Shown here: piece by piece, positions 28,986 to 37,738 of the stretch
How positions within the stretch are numbered: the first letter of the stretch is position 1
Layout of the letters: the number at the start of each line of letters is the position of its first letter
Source: Candidatus Zhuqueibacterota bacterium
Lineage (GTDB): Bacteria > Zhuqueibacterota > Zhuqueibacteria > Residuimicrobiales > Krinioviventaceae
Length of the DNA: 64,000 bases
Assembly (NCBI GenBank): GCA_034505495.1
Contig: JAPDQV010000009.1
Span: forward strand, 39,496 to 103,495
Reading direction: 5' to 3'
Translations under genes and position numbers: made by a program
The notes under the pieces: generated by a model
Databases searched by the model: none
Told to the model about the DNA's origin: nothing
The model's input: the letters and a program-made list of their open reading frames with translations, nothing else

Positions 28986-30080
28986 ATGAGACGTAGATCT
29001 TTATTGGTTTTCATTCTTTTCCTATCACCCTCACCGCTGCTTTTCGGCTTTGGCAAGTCTTCGGCAGACGAAACCGTAAAGCGGCACATCAACCGTTTAA
29101 TTCGGATTGTGCAAAATGCCGTAGTTCCGATCTATGTCGAGTTGGAAGCGGGGCAAAACGATCAAGTGGAATTTGCCAATTTCGGCTACGGCGTCAAGTT
29201 GGAGAACAATGTTATACTTGCACCGCTGACTCTATTCAGCGGCAGCAAAACTATTTTTGTACAAGACGGCACGAGCAAGAGGATCTCAGCTAAACTAATC
29301 GGCTGGGATAGCAGCAAGAGCATTGCAATATTGGCCTGCGATTCTTTGTCTTTCAATGCTGCGCTGACCATGCGTGACGCGCAAGATACTGTCGAGCCTC
29401 AGGAGCCCCTCCTTATCCTCATTCCCTTTCCAGGTCAAAATCCTTCAGTAGCCATCGGCACCCTGCACCAAGCGGAAGGCGAACGCCTGATCGTCTCGGG
29501 TTTTCCTTCTTTGGGAATCGAAAGCGGCGCTCTCGTCGATTTCAACGGCAAATTTGTCGGGTGGATTTTTACACGCCAAGTTCTCTCTTTCGAAGGTTCT
29601 GAAGAAGAAGCATTTGTTGCTTATTCGGCTCAGTCCCTGCGGCCGACCATTGACCAGGCGATTCGTCACGCTTCCAGACCCAAAGGATATCTCGGTGTTG
29701 TGGTAGTGGATTGGCCGAGTCAATTGGGCGGCGCGCACATTCGTCAGGTCAGTCTCGGCAGCCCGGCAGCGCTTTCGGGACTGCAGGTTGGCGACATCAT
29801 TCTCAGCATCAACAATCGTAAAGTTGCCAACGCTTATGATTTGTACCGCGAAATGCAAATGTACGCCGCCGGCGACACCATCGATCTGCGTATTTTGCGT
29901 GCTTATGATATCGTTTCGTTTTCCGTCATTTTGGATTCCCTCAAAGGTACGGCTTTAAACGCAACTTACCTGCCGGTCAGCAGCTTCAGAGAGTTTTCCG
30001 GCCGCAATCCGCAATTGATTCAAGAACGCATCCGTCAACTCGAAAACGAAATCTCACGTCTCCGTCGCTTCCTCAGATAA
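28986..30080 (+). CDS. Secreted HtrA/DegP-like protein with a C-terminal PDZ domain; trypsin-like domain possibly catalytically degenerate
   Basis: Signal peptide MRRRSLLVFILFLSPSPLLFG. PDZ region GYLGVVVVDW..SPAALSGLQVGDIILSINNRKV. The position equivalent to the GNSGG serine motif reads GIESGA, and no clear catalytic His/Asp context was seen. Confidence 0.5.
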   Translation: MRRRSLLVFILFLSPSPLLFGFGKSSADETVKRHINRLIRIVQNAVVPIYVELEAGQNDQVEFANFGYGVKLENNVILAPLTLFSGSKTIFVQDGTSKRISAKLIGWDSSKSIAILACDSLSFNAALTMRDAQDTVEPQEPLLILIPFPGQNPSVAIGTLHQAEGERLIVSGFPSLGIESGALVDFNGKFVGWIFTRQVLSFEGSEEEAFVAYSAQSLRPTIDQAIRHASRPKGYLGVVVVDWPSQLGGAHIRQVSLGSPAALSGLQVGDIILSINNRKVANAYDLYREMQMYAAGDTIDLRILRAYDIVSFSVILDSLKGTALNATYLPVSSFREFSGRNPQLIQERIRQLENEISRLRRFLR

Positions 30081-30163
30081 CCTCACCGCCGGAAAATCCG
30101 TTTGACTTTTTTCTAATTTTTCATTAGTTTAAAAAGCTTTTGAACCAATACATGAGGGTTACA

Positions 30164-30361
30164 ATGGGCAAGGACAAATCTTTCAGCGCTAAATTGGCCA
30201 AAGCGGCCGGAACCAATATTCCACATTGCAAAGTCTGCGGCGAAGCTTTTCGCTTTACGAAAATCATCGAAACCAAAAAGGACCCCGACAGCGGACACTT
30301 TGGTTTTCGTGAAACGATTGTTTCAGTCTGCAAGTGCAACGCCCAGGAAGTGAATGCTTGA
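30164..30361 (+). CDS. Small (65-aa) zinc-ribbon-like protein of unknown function
   Basis: ATG 30164 with GAGGG Shine-Dalgarno 5 nt upstream; the ORF track extends to TTG 30140. Cys pattern CKVCGE...CKCN (C-x2-C ... C-x-C). Stop TGA overlaps the next gene. Confidence 0.4.
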   Translation: MGKDKSFSAKLAKAAGTNIPHCKVCGEAFRFTKIIETKKDPDSGHFGFRETIVSVCKCNAQEVNA

Positions 30362-30963
30362 GCGGCCTGCCTAAGCAAATTATTTTGGCCACTCGCAACC
30401 GCGACAAAGTTTTAGAGATTAAAGCGCTTTTGCGCGATTTACCGATCGAAATTCGTTCTTTGGCAGACCTTTCCGAGCTGGAAATAGAAGAGGATCAGGA
30501 CACCATCCAGGGCAATGCGGAAAAAAAAGCCCGCAGGCTCTTCGAATCCTTTCATATTCCCTCGCTGGCCGACGATACCGGCTTGGAAGTAGATGCTTTG
30601 GGAGGCGCGCCGGGGGTCTATTCAGCAAGATATGCCGGTGATAAAGCCTCTTATGAAGAAAATGTCGACAAACTTCTTAAAGAATTATCGGGCGTGCCCC
30701 TCGAACAGCGAACCGCTCGTTTCCGCACGGTGATGGCGTTTGCTTACGAGGGCGGCATTCTGTTCAGTGAAGGTGTCTGCGAAGGATTGATCCTCTTTGA
30801 ACGGCGCGGCAACGGCGGTTTTGGGTATGATCCAGTTTTTTATTATCCGCCGCTCCAGAAAACTTTTGCCGAGCTGACGCTGGAAGAGAAAAACAGCGTC
30901 AGCCACCGCAGCATTGCCCTCCAAAATATGAAAATGCTGTTGAATCGTCTGTACGGGGCGTAG
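30334..30963 (+). CDS. rdgB: Non-canonical purine NTP pyrophosphatase (dITP/XTP pyrophosphatase, Ham1/RdgB)
   Basis: IILATRNRDKVLEIK N-terminus. GGAPGVYSARYAG and FGYDPVF motifs. The true start may be TTG 30358, which overlaps the upstream stop as TTGA. Confidence 0.85.
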   Translation: MQRPGSECLSGLPKQIILATRNRDKVLEIKALLRDLPIEIRSLADLSELEIEEDQDTIQGNAEKKARRLFESFHIPSLADDTGLEVDALGGAPGVYSARYAGDKASYEENVDKLLKELSGVPLEQRTARFRTVMAFAYEGGILFSEGVCEGLILFERRGNGGFGYDPVFYYPPLQKTFAELTLEEKNSVSHRSIALQNMKMLLNRLYGA

Positions 30964-31028
30964 CGCAGTCCGGTTAGCGCGTCTGCTTTGGGAGCAGAAA
31001 GTCGAGAGTTCAAATCTCTCCGCCCCGA
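30954..31028 (+). tRNA. tRNA-Pro (anticodon UGG)
   Basis: Hand-folded cloverleaf: acceptor CGGGGCG/CGCCCCG, D-arm GCGC..GCGC, anticodon stem TCTGC/GCAGA with loop TTTGGGA (G37 present), T-arm GAGAG-TTCAAAT-CTCTC, discriminator A, no encoded CCA. The 5' end overlaps the last 10 nt of rdgB. Confidence 0.8.
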
Positions 31029-31035
31029 CTTTTCC

Positions 31036-32574
31036 TCAATTGGGCGCCGGATGATAGGCGCCTTCGCTTTTTTTACCCTGCTTATCCCTCAGCTGCGGAT
31101 CCAGCTGCGCATCGAGCTTACGACGATTGTCGTACGCGGTTTTTGCCAGCTTTTGTGATGAAAGGCGAATCGGCCCGCAAGCCCAAGTCGGTCGGTTGAA
31201 TGTTTGTGTAAAGGTATCGTAGAATCTGGGTGACTTTTGCGGCAGGATAAAGGGCTTGTGCACCTTGCCGGCGGCAAAATAGCTTAAATAGACGTGCGAA
31301 TAAACGTTGTCGCGACGTTTGCTGCTGAAAAGAATCCATCGACCATTGCTCGACCAGGAAGGATAGGTGTCTGCAAAATCACTGCTGCTAAAGGCAGCTT
31401 TTTCATGCCTTCCCGTCTGTAAATCCAAAAGATATATATCGCTGCTCGGCTTGTAGATCGGGAAATGGCCGTCGCTCGCCAGACAAAAGAGCAGATAGCG
31501 GCCGTCCGGGGAAACGGCCGGTTCCGTAATGCTTCCTCCTAATTCATTGCCCGCTAAAATCAGCTCTGCTTCTCCCCAACCGGTTTCGGAATTATAGAGG
31601 ATTTTCATTAGGTCATAACGAACCCGCTCATAATGCAGTCCGCCCTGATCCACAAAGGTTTCGAACGACGGGCATCTGCAAAAGTAGAGCGTTTTTCCAT
31701 CCGGCGACCAGGCGGGAAAAGTCTCCATCCAATGCGGATCGCTTAACGCTGCCGGTGCACTGATCAGGTTTTTTTCCACATCATAGAGAACGATGTCGGA
31801 CCCGCGGTCAAGGACGTCGCGCGGCTCTCCTGAGGCATGGAAGAACATTTCGAGTTGATTGACGGAAAACGCGATCTGTCGGCCGTCCGGCGACCAGGCG
31901 GGATAGGCGCCCGCCCGATTAAAGCTCGTTGCCGTATTGACTTTTTTCACCTTTTCCCCTACGGCGATGAGCGTCCCTCCAACACGATTGCCGCGGATAT
32001 GCAGCATGAATCGGGACGGATCATAGCCGCAAAAATGATGGCAATTGAGGCATTGCCCGCCGATCAGGCGATTGTGCAGGACCCTGTTTTCTGAAAAGTC
32101 GGAAATGCGGCGCTGATAGATGCCCATCTCCCTCCACAACAAATGCGCCGGGTGGATGAGACGGTAGACGATATAATCATCGGCCGTCTCTTGGGCGACG
32201 ATTATATTGAACGGTTCAAACTTTTGCCACTGCGTTTTGACCCGGCCGTACAAGGTGACCTTTAGGGTCTCCCCTTGCGATTGCCGCAACAGGTGCCGCC
32301 ACTTTTTTAAATCAAAGAAGACTTTACGGTTGCCGGCGCGGCAATCCAGTGAATTGCCGGACGTGGAGCGGATTTGCACCCAAAAATCGTCGCCGGTCTC
32401 GAGTATGCAGAAATTGAGCGGCGCAATGTTGGGCGGAACGATTACATCAGTGTAATCAGGGTCAATCACAGGATGTCGACCGAGTGAGGAATCAGCCTTT
32501 GGCGGATGCATCGGGCCGCAAGCCGATAGCAGGATTAACATGGAAAAAAGAGCAAGTGCTGCGAGCTTTTTCAC
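31036..32574 (-). CDS. Lipoprotein with PD40/WD40-like beta-propeller repeats (TolB-like)
   Basis: Lipobox LLSAC. Repeated SPDG(R/K)x(I/L)xF motifs: SPDGRQIAFS, SPDGKTLYF, SPDGRYLLF, SSNGRWILFSS. Confidence 0.6.
   Translation of the reverse strand: MKKLAALALFSMLILLSACGPMHPPKADSSLGRHPVIDPDYTDVIVPPNIAPLNFCILETGDDFWVQIRSTSGNSLDCRAGNRKVFFDLKKWRHLLRQSQGETLKVTLYGRVKTQWQKFEPFNIIVAQETADDYIVYRLIHPAHLLWREMGIYQRRISDFSENRVLHNRLIGGQCLNCHHFCGYDPSRFMLHIRGNRVGGTLIAVGEKVKKVNTATSFNRAGAYPAWSPDGRQIAFSVNQLEMFFHASGEPRDVLDRGSDIVLYDVEKNLISAPAALSDPHWMETFPAWSPDGKTLYFCRCPSFETFVDQGGLHYERVRYDLMKILYNSETGWGEAELILAGNELGGSITEPAVSPDGRYLLFCLASDGHFPIYKPSSDIYLLDLQTGRHEKAAFSSSDFADTYPSWSSNGRWILFSSKRRDNVYSHVYLSYFAAGKVHKPFILPQKSPRFYDTFTQTFNRPTWACGPIRLSSQKLAKTAYDNRRKLDAQLDPQLRDKQGKKSEGAYHPAPN
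31043..31074 (+). terminator. Rho-independent terminator hairpin for the rdgB/tRNA-Pro transcript
   Basis: GGCGCC-GGATGATA-GGCGCC stem-loop, then TTCGC and a run of seven Ts. It lies inside the last codons of the convergent minus-strand gene. Confidence 0.5.
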
Positions 32575-34340
32575 TTTTCGGCTCCTTTATCCAGATACAG
32601 AAAATAGAACCAAAATGTCCTGCCGTACTTGCCCAACTCTTTGTAAGCGCTCCGCTTGTCATTGCCATGGAGCTGCAGAATGCGGATAAAATCCGCAAAA
32701 GCCTCAAGTGTACTCCGCCGAACGGCGATCTCACGCTGCTCGGCGGTGGTCGGCAAACCGCTGTTCAGGTAAAGGATGACCGCTTCTTCGAAATTGCGCG
32801 GTAATTCGGCGTTCAACTGCAAATAGGCAGGCAGATCGGTCATAAAAGCATCCAAGCGCCCGGCCAACAGCTCGTAGGCAAGCAGGTACTCGAGCGCTGC
32901 GCGATTGGGCTGCGTGCGGGCAATCTCTTTTAATTCAGCCGATGCAAATCCCGGCCGCATGAGAAAATCGGCTTTTTCTGCGAACAAGGAAAGACGAAGG
33001 AGTTCCGCATCTTTTTGGAGCGAGCGCTGTTGACATATTTCCTGATATCGCTTTAACCAGGGCCTCATTTTTCCGGTTTTTTCAAGACGCGAAAGATACT
33101 TTCCTGCCGCCGAGAACTCTTTTTTGGCCAGGTGCAGGAATGCAAGTCGCCGGAGCACGCGAGGCGTCTCTCCTTCCACTGCCCACGCTTCGTAAGCCTT
33201 GTGAAGAGCACCATTGACATGGCCCAGATCAATGAGCAGATCGCAATAGTCTAGCGGATACTCTAAAGCCGTTCGATCGGAGCGATAGAGGCCGTCGGGT
33301 CCTTCAAGCGGTCGTTCGAACAAACGTTCCCCCAGCTGCCCAGTAAAATAAAGGCCGCGGTAGCGATGCAAAATAACGAGTCGATGATTGACATCCGGGC
33401 GTCTGTCCGTCAGTTGAATCAGAGGCGCCCACTGACGGTTCTCAGCAAATAATTCAACTTGGAGAACGGTCTTTACTTTGGAATCAAAAAGATAAAACCA
33501 ACTTGCGAGGGCGATCAAAAGCCCCAGCAAAGGCAGAACCGGCGGCGACAAACGGAATCGCTCGGCATGGCATTTCGAGACGGCGAGTGGAACGATAAAA
33601 AGAATGATGCAGGCAATCAAAAATACTTTTTGCTTTTCAGTGACTGGTTCAGGTACAAGTCCGAAAAAGAGCGATTGCGGATTTTGGGGAATCATTCGAC
33701 TGATGAGAAAAGGCGTAACGGCTGCGGCCGCAAAAAAGGCGACAAGAGTCGGCAATCTTTTCGTGCGCAGGTTTTCACGATCCGCAAGCTGCAGAAACGG
33801 CAACAGCAACGCAATCGCTTGGACAAGGTAGTAGAGAAAAGCAACCAAAACTAAAAAAAAGAGTGCCCGCTGATATTCTTTCCAGGAACGGCTGATATGG
33901 CTGAAGACGACAGCCGTGCATAGAACAAGCAAAAGCGCCAGGACGTATCGTATAGGAAAGAAATATTCTCCAGTTAGAACCGCAAGAGGCGCCGCGACGA
34001 GCCATTCGCCGTTCCAATGAACCTGCCGGCTGAACATGCCGTAAAGTCTACGAACGATAAAAGCAAAGGCGACAATGACGCATGTCAGAAGCAAAGCTCC
34101 GAATACGGCAGAGGTGAAAAACTGCCCGATAAATTTTGCCAACCAATCGACAAGCCCGCCCGGGCGATCAAGATGCGAGGCGAAAAAGTCCCAATCGTAG
34201 AAAAAGACCGGCTGTTGGGCGACGTAAATTAAACGAGGGTCGACAATCAGTAAAAAATAAAAAAACAATACGGTGGCTATGCCGCTATACAGCAGGTAAG
34301 CGTACGCTGCATTTTTACTTTCAAGCATCGCACGGTTCAT
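32571..34340 (-). CDS. Polytopic membrane protein (about 10 TM helices) with a C-terminal TPR-like domain
   Basis: Hydrophobic helices throughout the N-terminal 330 aa. C-terminal region has TPR-like repeats (RRLAFLHLAKKEFSAAGKYL...). Its end overlaps the neighbouring gene's start by 4 nt. Confidence 0.5.
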   Translation of the reverse strand: MNRAMLESKNAAYAYLLYSGIATVLFFYFLLIVDPRLIYVAQQPVFFYDWDFFASHLDRPGGLVDWLAKFIGQFFTSAVFGALLLTCVIVAFAFIVRRLYGMFSRQVHWNGEWLVAAPLAVLTGEYFFPIRYVLALLLVLCTAVVFSHISRSWKEYQRALFFLVLVAFLYYLVQAIALLLPFLQLADRENLRTKRLPTLVAFFAAAAVTPFLISRMIPQNPQSLFFGLVPEPVTEKQKVFLIACIILFIVPLAVSKCHAERFRLSPPVLPLLGLLIALASWFYLFDSKVKTVLQVELFAENRQWAPLIQLTDRRPDVNHRLVILHRYRGLYFTGQLGERLFERPLEGPDGLYRSDRTALEYPLDYCDLLIDLGHVNGALHKAYEAWAVEGETPRVLRRLAFLHLAKKEFSAAGKYLSRLEKTGKMRPWLKRYQEICQQRSLQKDAELLRLSLFAEKADFLMRPGFASAELKEIARTQPNRAALEYLLAYELLAGRLDAFMTDLPAYLQLNAELPRNFEEAVILYLNSGLPTTAEQREIAVRRSTLEAFADFIRILQLHGNDKRSAYKELGKYGRTFWFYFLYLDKGAEK

Positions 34341-34349
34341 AGATTGCCT

Positions 34350-37300
34350 TTAACGAACCAGAGTAAATTTGCGAATTTCAATATAATCATCGGCTTGCAG
34401 CCGATAAAAGTAGACACCGGACGAAAAGCTGTCTCCGCGCCAGAGAATCGAATGGCGGCCGGTATCCAGGAATTCATCGAGCAATGAACTAATCAGCTGT
34501 CCGCGTAGATTATACACCTGCAGTTTCACCCGTGAAGGGCACGGCAAATCGAAAGGAATCGTCGTCTGGGCATTAAAGGGATTGGGATAATTTTGGTAAA
34601 GCCGATATTCGCGGACGGCCATTTCTTGAGCTTCCACGCTCGCGGCGATAAAGTCATCGCGGTTTGGTGTGCCGTGGAGGACGCTCGAGGCAATCCAGTT
34701 GCGTCCGTCGTTGCTGTCCTGCCAAGGTTCTAAATCGCGAGACGTCAGGCTATAGCCGCCGCCGTCCGCCGAGCGCGGCCAAGGCCAACGATCATCATAT
34801 CGCACAGTAAAAAGCGTGTCTTCGCCGGCGGTAAAGACCAAAGTTTCGCCGCCGTTATCCAGTCTGCCGACAAAAACGCCGTGAGGATAAAAGCCGTAGC
34901 GGGAAAAGAAAGCGGCGGAATCGGCTGCTAAAACGACAAAGCTCTTGCCAGGCAGGCGGAATCCTTCCTGAAAGCGATACACAATGCCGCGCGCAAACCC
35001 GCAACCGCTTAGATTCAATTCTTCTTCGCCAATATTTTTGAGCTCAATAAATTCGTACAAATCATCATCGTTCGCTTCGGCCCTAGAAGGGAGCGGGTGA
35101 TAATGAATTTCTGTGACCTTGAGGTTTTCGAGTCCCTTTAGCACCGCAAAGACTGTTTCCGTCAGCGGACTCCATTGGCCGCTATACGCCCGCACTTTGA
35201 GATGCGTGGTGTGTTCAATAACCAGAGGGCGTTCATAGCGCACGGCGGTCGGAGACAAAGCTTCGCGGCTGACGGCGCGGCCGATGAGGAGTTCGGCTGA
35301 AAAGAGAAAATCCGAGCTGTTTGCTGACGCATTCAAAGCGTGCACGGCGAGGAAATTGTCGCCGTCGGTCAGCCGATTCAATGAGTTCGATATGTCAAAC
35401 ATCTCCCACCCGGTGCTCTCGTGCAGACCGGCAGCCTGAGCGTCCCAAGTTATCGTTTCCGGGGCCAAAGCGTCGGCGCAGCGCCAACCGTTCAAATAGG
35501 CTGCAAAACCGTCGTCGTACATTACTTTGAGTTGGAGAATGTTAAAGTCTTGTAGCTCTGCCTTGTTCACGCGGAATGGAATGCGTATGTAGCAGGAAGT
35601 CTGCCTATTGTACATTCGGCTGCCGACGTCGATATGGATATAAGGCTCATAACCGGTGTCGCGTTCATAGCCGACCCCTCCCCTGCCGTGCAGCCAGCTC
35701 GAAAAATCCATGGTGACCGGCCTGCGCCAATTAAAGTCCATCTTTTGTTCCGGCACCAAGACATATTTTTCCGCGTTCTCATTAAAAAGCGTCCTCAATT
35801 CCCCGTGCAAAAGTCCTATTTGATAGGGGTCGCTGCCGTCAGTTGTGTAATAAATCTCTCCCGGCGAAGAAATTTGTACTGTGAACCCTTTGGGAACGAT
35901 GCCGCTTTTGGCGTTCAGCCGTGGTGCAGAAAGGTCATTTATCCATCCTTTGGTCTTAAATTGATTGAGCACGACGGCGGTGCGATTCGGAAAGAATTCG
36001 TTCAAAATTCGATTGACTGCCGGCAGCCAGGCATTGTCCTTTGTAAAAGGAACGTTGCGTTTCGAGTCGCCCCAGCGGGCTGACTCGGCAATGATCGCCT
36101 TGTCGATTTGCGCCTTTCGCTGCAAAAGGCGTTCGGCGCAACGATGGGGCGTCAGGGCACCGTCGCCGGTAAAGTGCAGGGCAACGCGATCGGCAAAGCG
36201 TGCGCGATAAGCCGGATGCTCCATCAGGCGTTGGTGTAGATAGTGCGGATTTGATTTATCAAAGCTGCTGCCGGCCGGATAGGGTCCCGTGCGGTTTTCG
36301 TTTACATTCAGCAGCGTATGCTCGGCGTCATGCTGAAAAAAGACGAACCCGCGGCGATCGACGCGGCTGCGTACGGCAAAAAAGTTGTTGGGGCTGGTGT
36401 TGTTCAAAAAATTGCTGACCGGCGCATCCAGATTGCCGGTGTAAAAAGTGATCAGCATATAGTCGATCAGGTTATCGATATCCAACAACACCGGTAAAGC
36501 CTGATTGGGTGTGCCGTCCGGATTTTTGCCTTGAATCAAATAATAGGCCGAATCAGATCGAAAGCCGTTGCGTGCGATTTCCCACAGCGTTCGCCAGGCG
36601 TCGAGGGTCCCGTCGGTGGCTTCGATGATATACCCTTGATCAGCCGCCACCTTGATGACATCATAGTCTTCCGGCGCGCCGCCCAAATAGCCCGCGGCAA
36701 ACGACGCCTCGGAGCGCTCCTGAGTTTGATACAGCCCCCAGTAGGTGCCGTTGATGTACAGATGGTAATATCGGCTGCGTGTATAAGGGTGGCCCATGTC
36801 GCGCTGGCAATCGCGCGAAAAAACATCACGAAGCAGGGTGTTTTGATCCGAACCGTCAAACGCCCAGGAATAGTTTTGGCTGGTGCGCAGATCGACCGCA
36901 TCGAATTCGTCTACTCCCTCATCGCCGAACAACGGATACTTTAACTTGCCTTGGCCGTATTCTCGGCGGAAGAAAAAGCGAAAGGCGTGCTTCGGGTTTT
37001 GATTGCTGCGACTGTACCCGCCGCGGATGCGCACGCCGGCATCAATTTGAAATCCGGGTTCGCCGTTCGGTAAAATAAGCTCCAACGAGCACGGTCTTTC
37101 CCAATCCGGTCCGTGATTGCCGGCATTTACATAAATCCCGCGCTTCGCGTCAAAAAGATCGCGCAGGTCCATGACCATGGAAATCGACGGGATGTCCAAA
37201 AATGCCGGAACAATTTGATCGCGATAGAGGCGGTGATTATAAACATCCGGATCGAGGCCGTAATGGATGAACTGTTGATCGCCGCTGAAGCGTTGCGGCG

Positions 37301-37718
37301 GCCAACCGGGGCCTGGACGCCTGCCGTCGGGAGAAAGTTCGACGATACGGTGGACAAACAGGAAAGTGTGGGTTTCGATTCGACTGACGGGCTTGCCGTT
37401 CTGCAGCGCCACCGCCCTTACGCAGACTCCCGGAGCCAAATCATGCAGCAGCGTATCGGCAGGGTCGATTGCGATCTCTGCGGGCGAAGCAGCCGATTGG
37501 GCCGAAGGCGAATTAATCGGATTAGTTCCATCGAAGCAATATCGGATCAGGGCAGTGGGAACATCCGCAACGATCGTCAAGGTAAAATTGTCGCGATAGA
37601 TACCCCGTGTATGCGAAAAATGCAGAGCAACCGGGTATTCGTTCGTCTGACCTTGAGCCCGGTCATGAAACAAAAGAAGGGGAATAAGAAAGATGGTCAA
37701 ATTTGCATGACGGCGCAT
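34350..37718 (-). CDS. Large secreted CotH-like protein with chitobiase/hexosaminidase-C-like domains, a lamin-tail domain (LTD) and a T9SS C-terminal sorting domain
   Basis: Signal peptide MRRHANLTIFLIPLLLF. Two CHB_HEX_C-like segments (FSHTRGIYRDNFTLTIVADVPTALIRYCFDGTNP; GFTVQISSPGEIYYTTDGSDP). LTD motif LKVTEIHYHP...YEFIELKNIGEEELNLSGCGF. C-terminus YPNPFNAQTTIPFDL...GVYFYRLQADDYIEIRKFTLVR is the T9SS sorting-domain pattern. CotH assignment rests on domain architecture only. Confidence 0.5.
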   Translation of the reverse strand: MRRHANLTIFLIPLLLFHDRAQGQTNEYPVALHFSHTRGIYRDNFTLTIVADVPTALIRYCFDGTNPINSPSAQSAASPAEIAIDPADTLLHDLAPGVCVRAVALQNGKPVSRIETHTFLFVHRIVELSPDGRRPGPGWPPQRFSGDQQFIHYGLDPDVYNHRLYRDQIVPAFLDIPSISMVMDLRDLFDAKRGIYVNAGNHGPDWERPCSLELILPNGEPGFQIDAGVRIRGGYSRSNQNPKHAFRFFFRREYGQGKLKYPLFGDEGVDEFDAVDLRTSQNYSWAFDGSDQNTLLRDVFSRDCQRDMGHPYTRSRYYHLYINGTYWGLYQTQERSEASFAAGYLGGAPEDYDVIKVAADQGYIIEATDGTLDAWRTLWEIARNGFRSDSAYYLIQGKNPDGTPNQALPVLLDIDNLIDYMLITFYTGNLDAPVSNFLNNTSPNNFFAVRSRVDRRGFVFFQHDAEHTLLNVNENRTGPYPAGSSFDKSNPHYLHQRLMEHPAYRARFADRVALHFTGDGALTPHRCAERLLQRKAQIDKAIIAESARWGDSKRNVPFTKDNAWLPAVNRILNEFFPNRTAVVLNQFKTKGWINDLSAPRLNAKSGIVPKGFTVQISSPGEIYYTTDGSDPYQIGLLHGELRTLFNENAEKYVLVPEQKMDFNWRRPVTMDFSSWLHGRGGVGYERDTGYEPYIHIDVGSRMYNRQTSCYIRIPFRVNKAELQDFNILQLKVMYDDGFAAYLNGWRCADALAPETITWDAQAAGLHESTGWEMFDISNSLNRLTDGDNFLAVHALNASANSSDFLFSAELLIGRAVSREALSPTAVRYERPLVIEHTTHLKVRAYSGQWSPLTETVFAVLKGLENLKVTEIHYHPLPSRAEANDDDLYEFIELKNIGEEELNLSGCGFARGIVYRFQEGFRLPGKSFVVLAADSAAFFSRYGFYPHGVFVGRLDNGGETLVFTAGEDTLFTVRYDDRWPWPRSADGGGYSLTSRDLEPWQDSNDGRNWIASSVLHGTPNRDDFIAASVEAQEMAVREYRLYQNYPNPFNAQTTIPFDLPCPSRVKLQVYNLRGQLISSLLDEFLDTGRHSILWRGDSFSSGVYFYRLQADDYIEIRKFTLVR

Positions 37719-37738
37719 TTATTACCGGCTCCTTTTGC

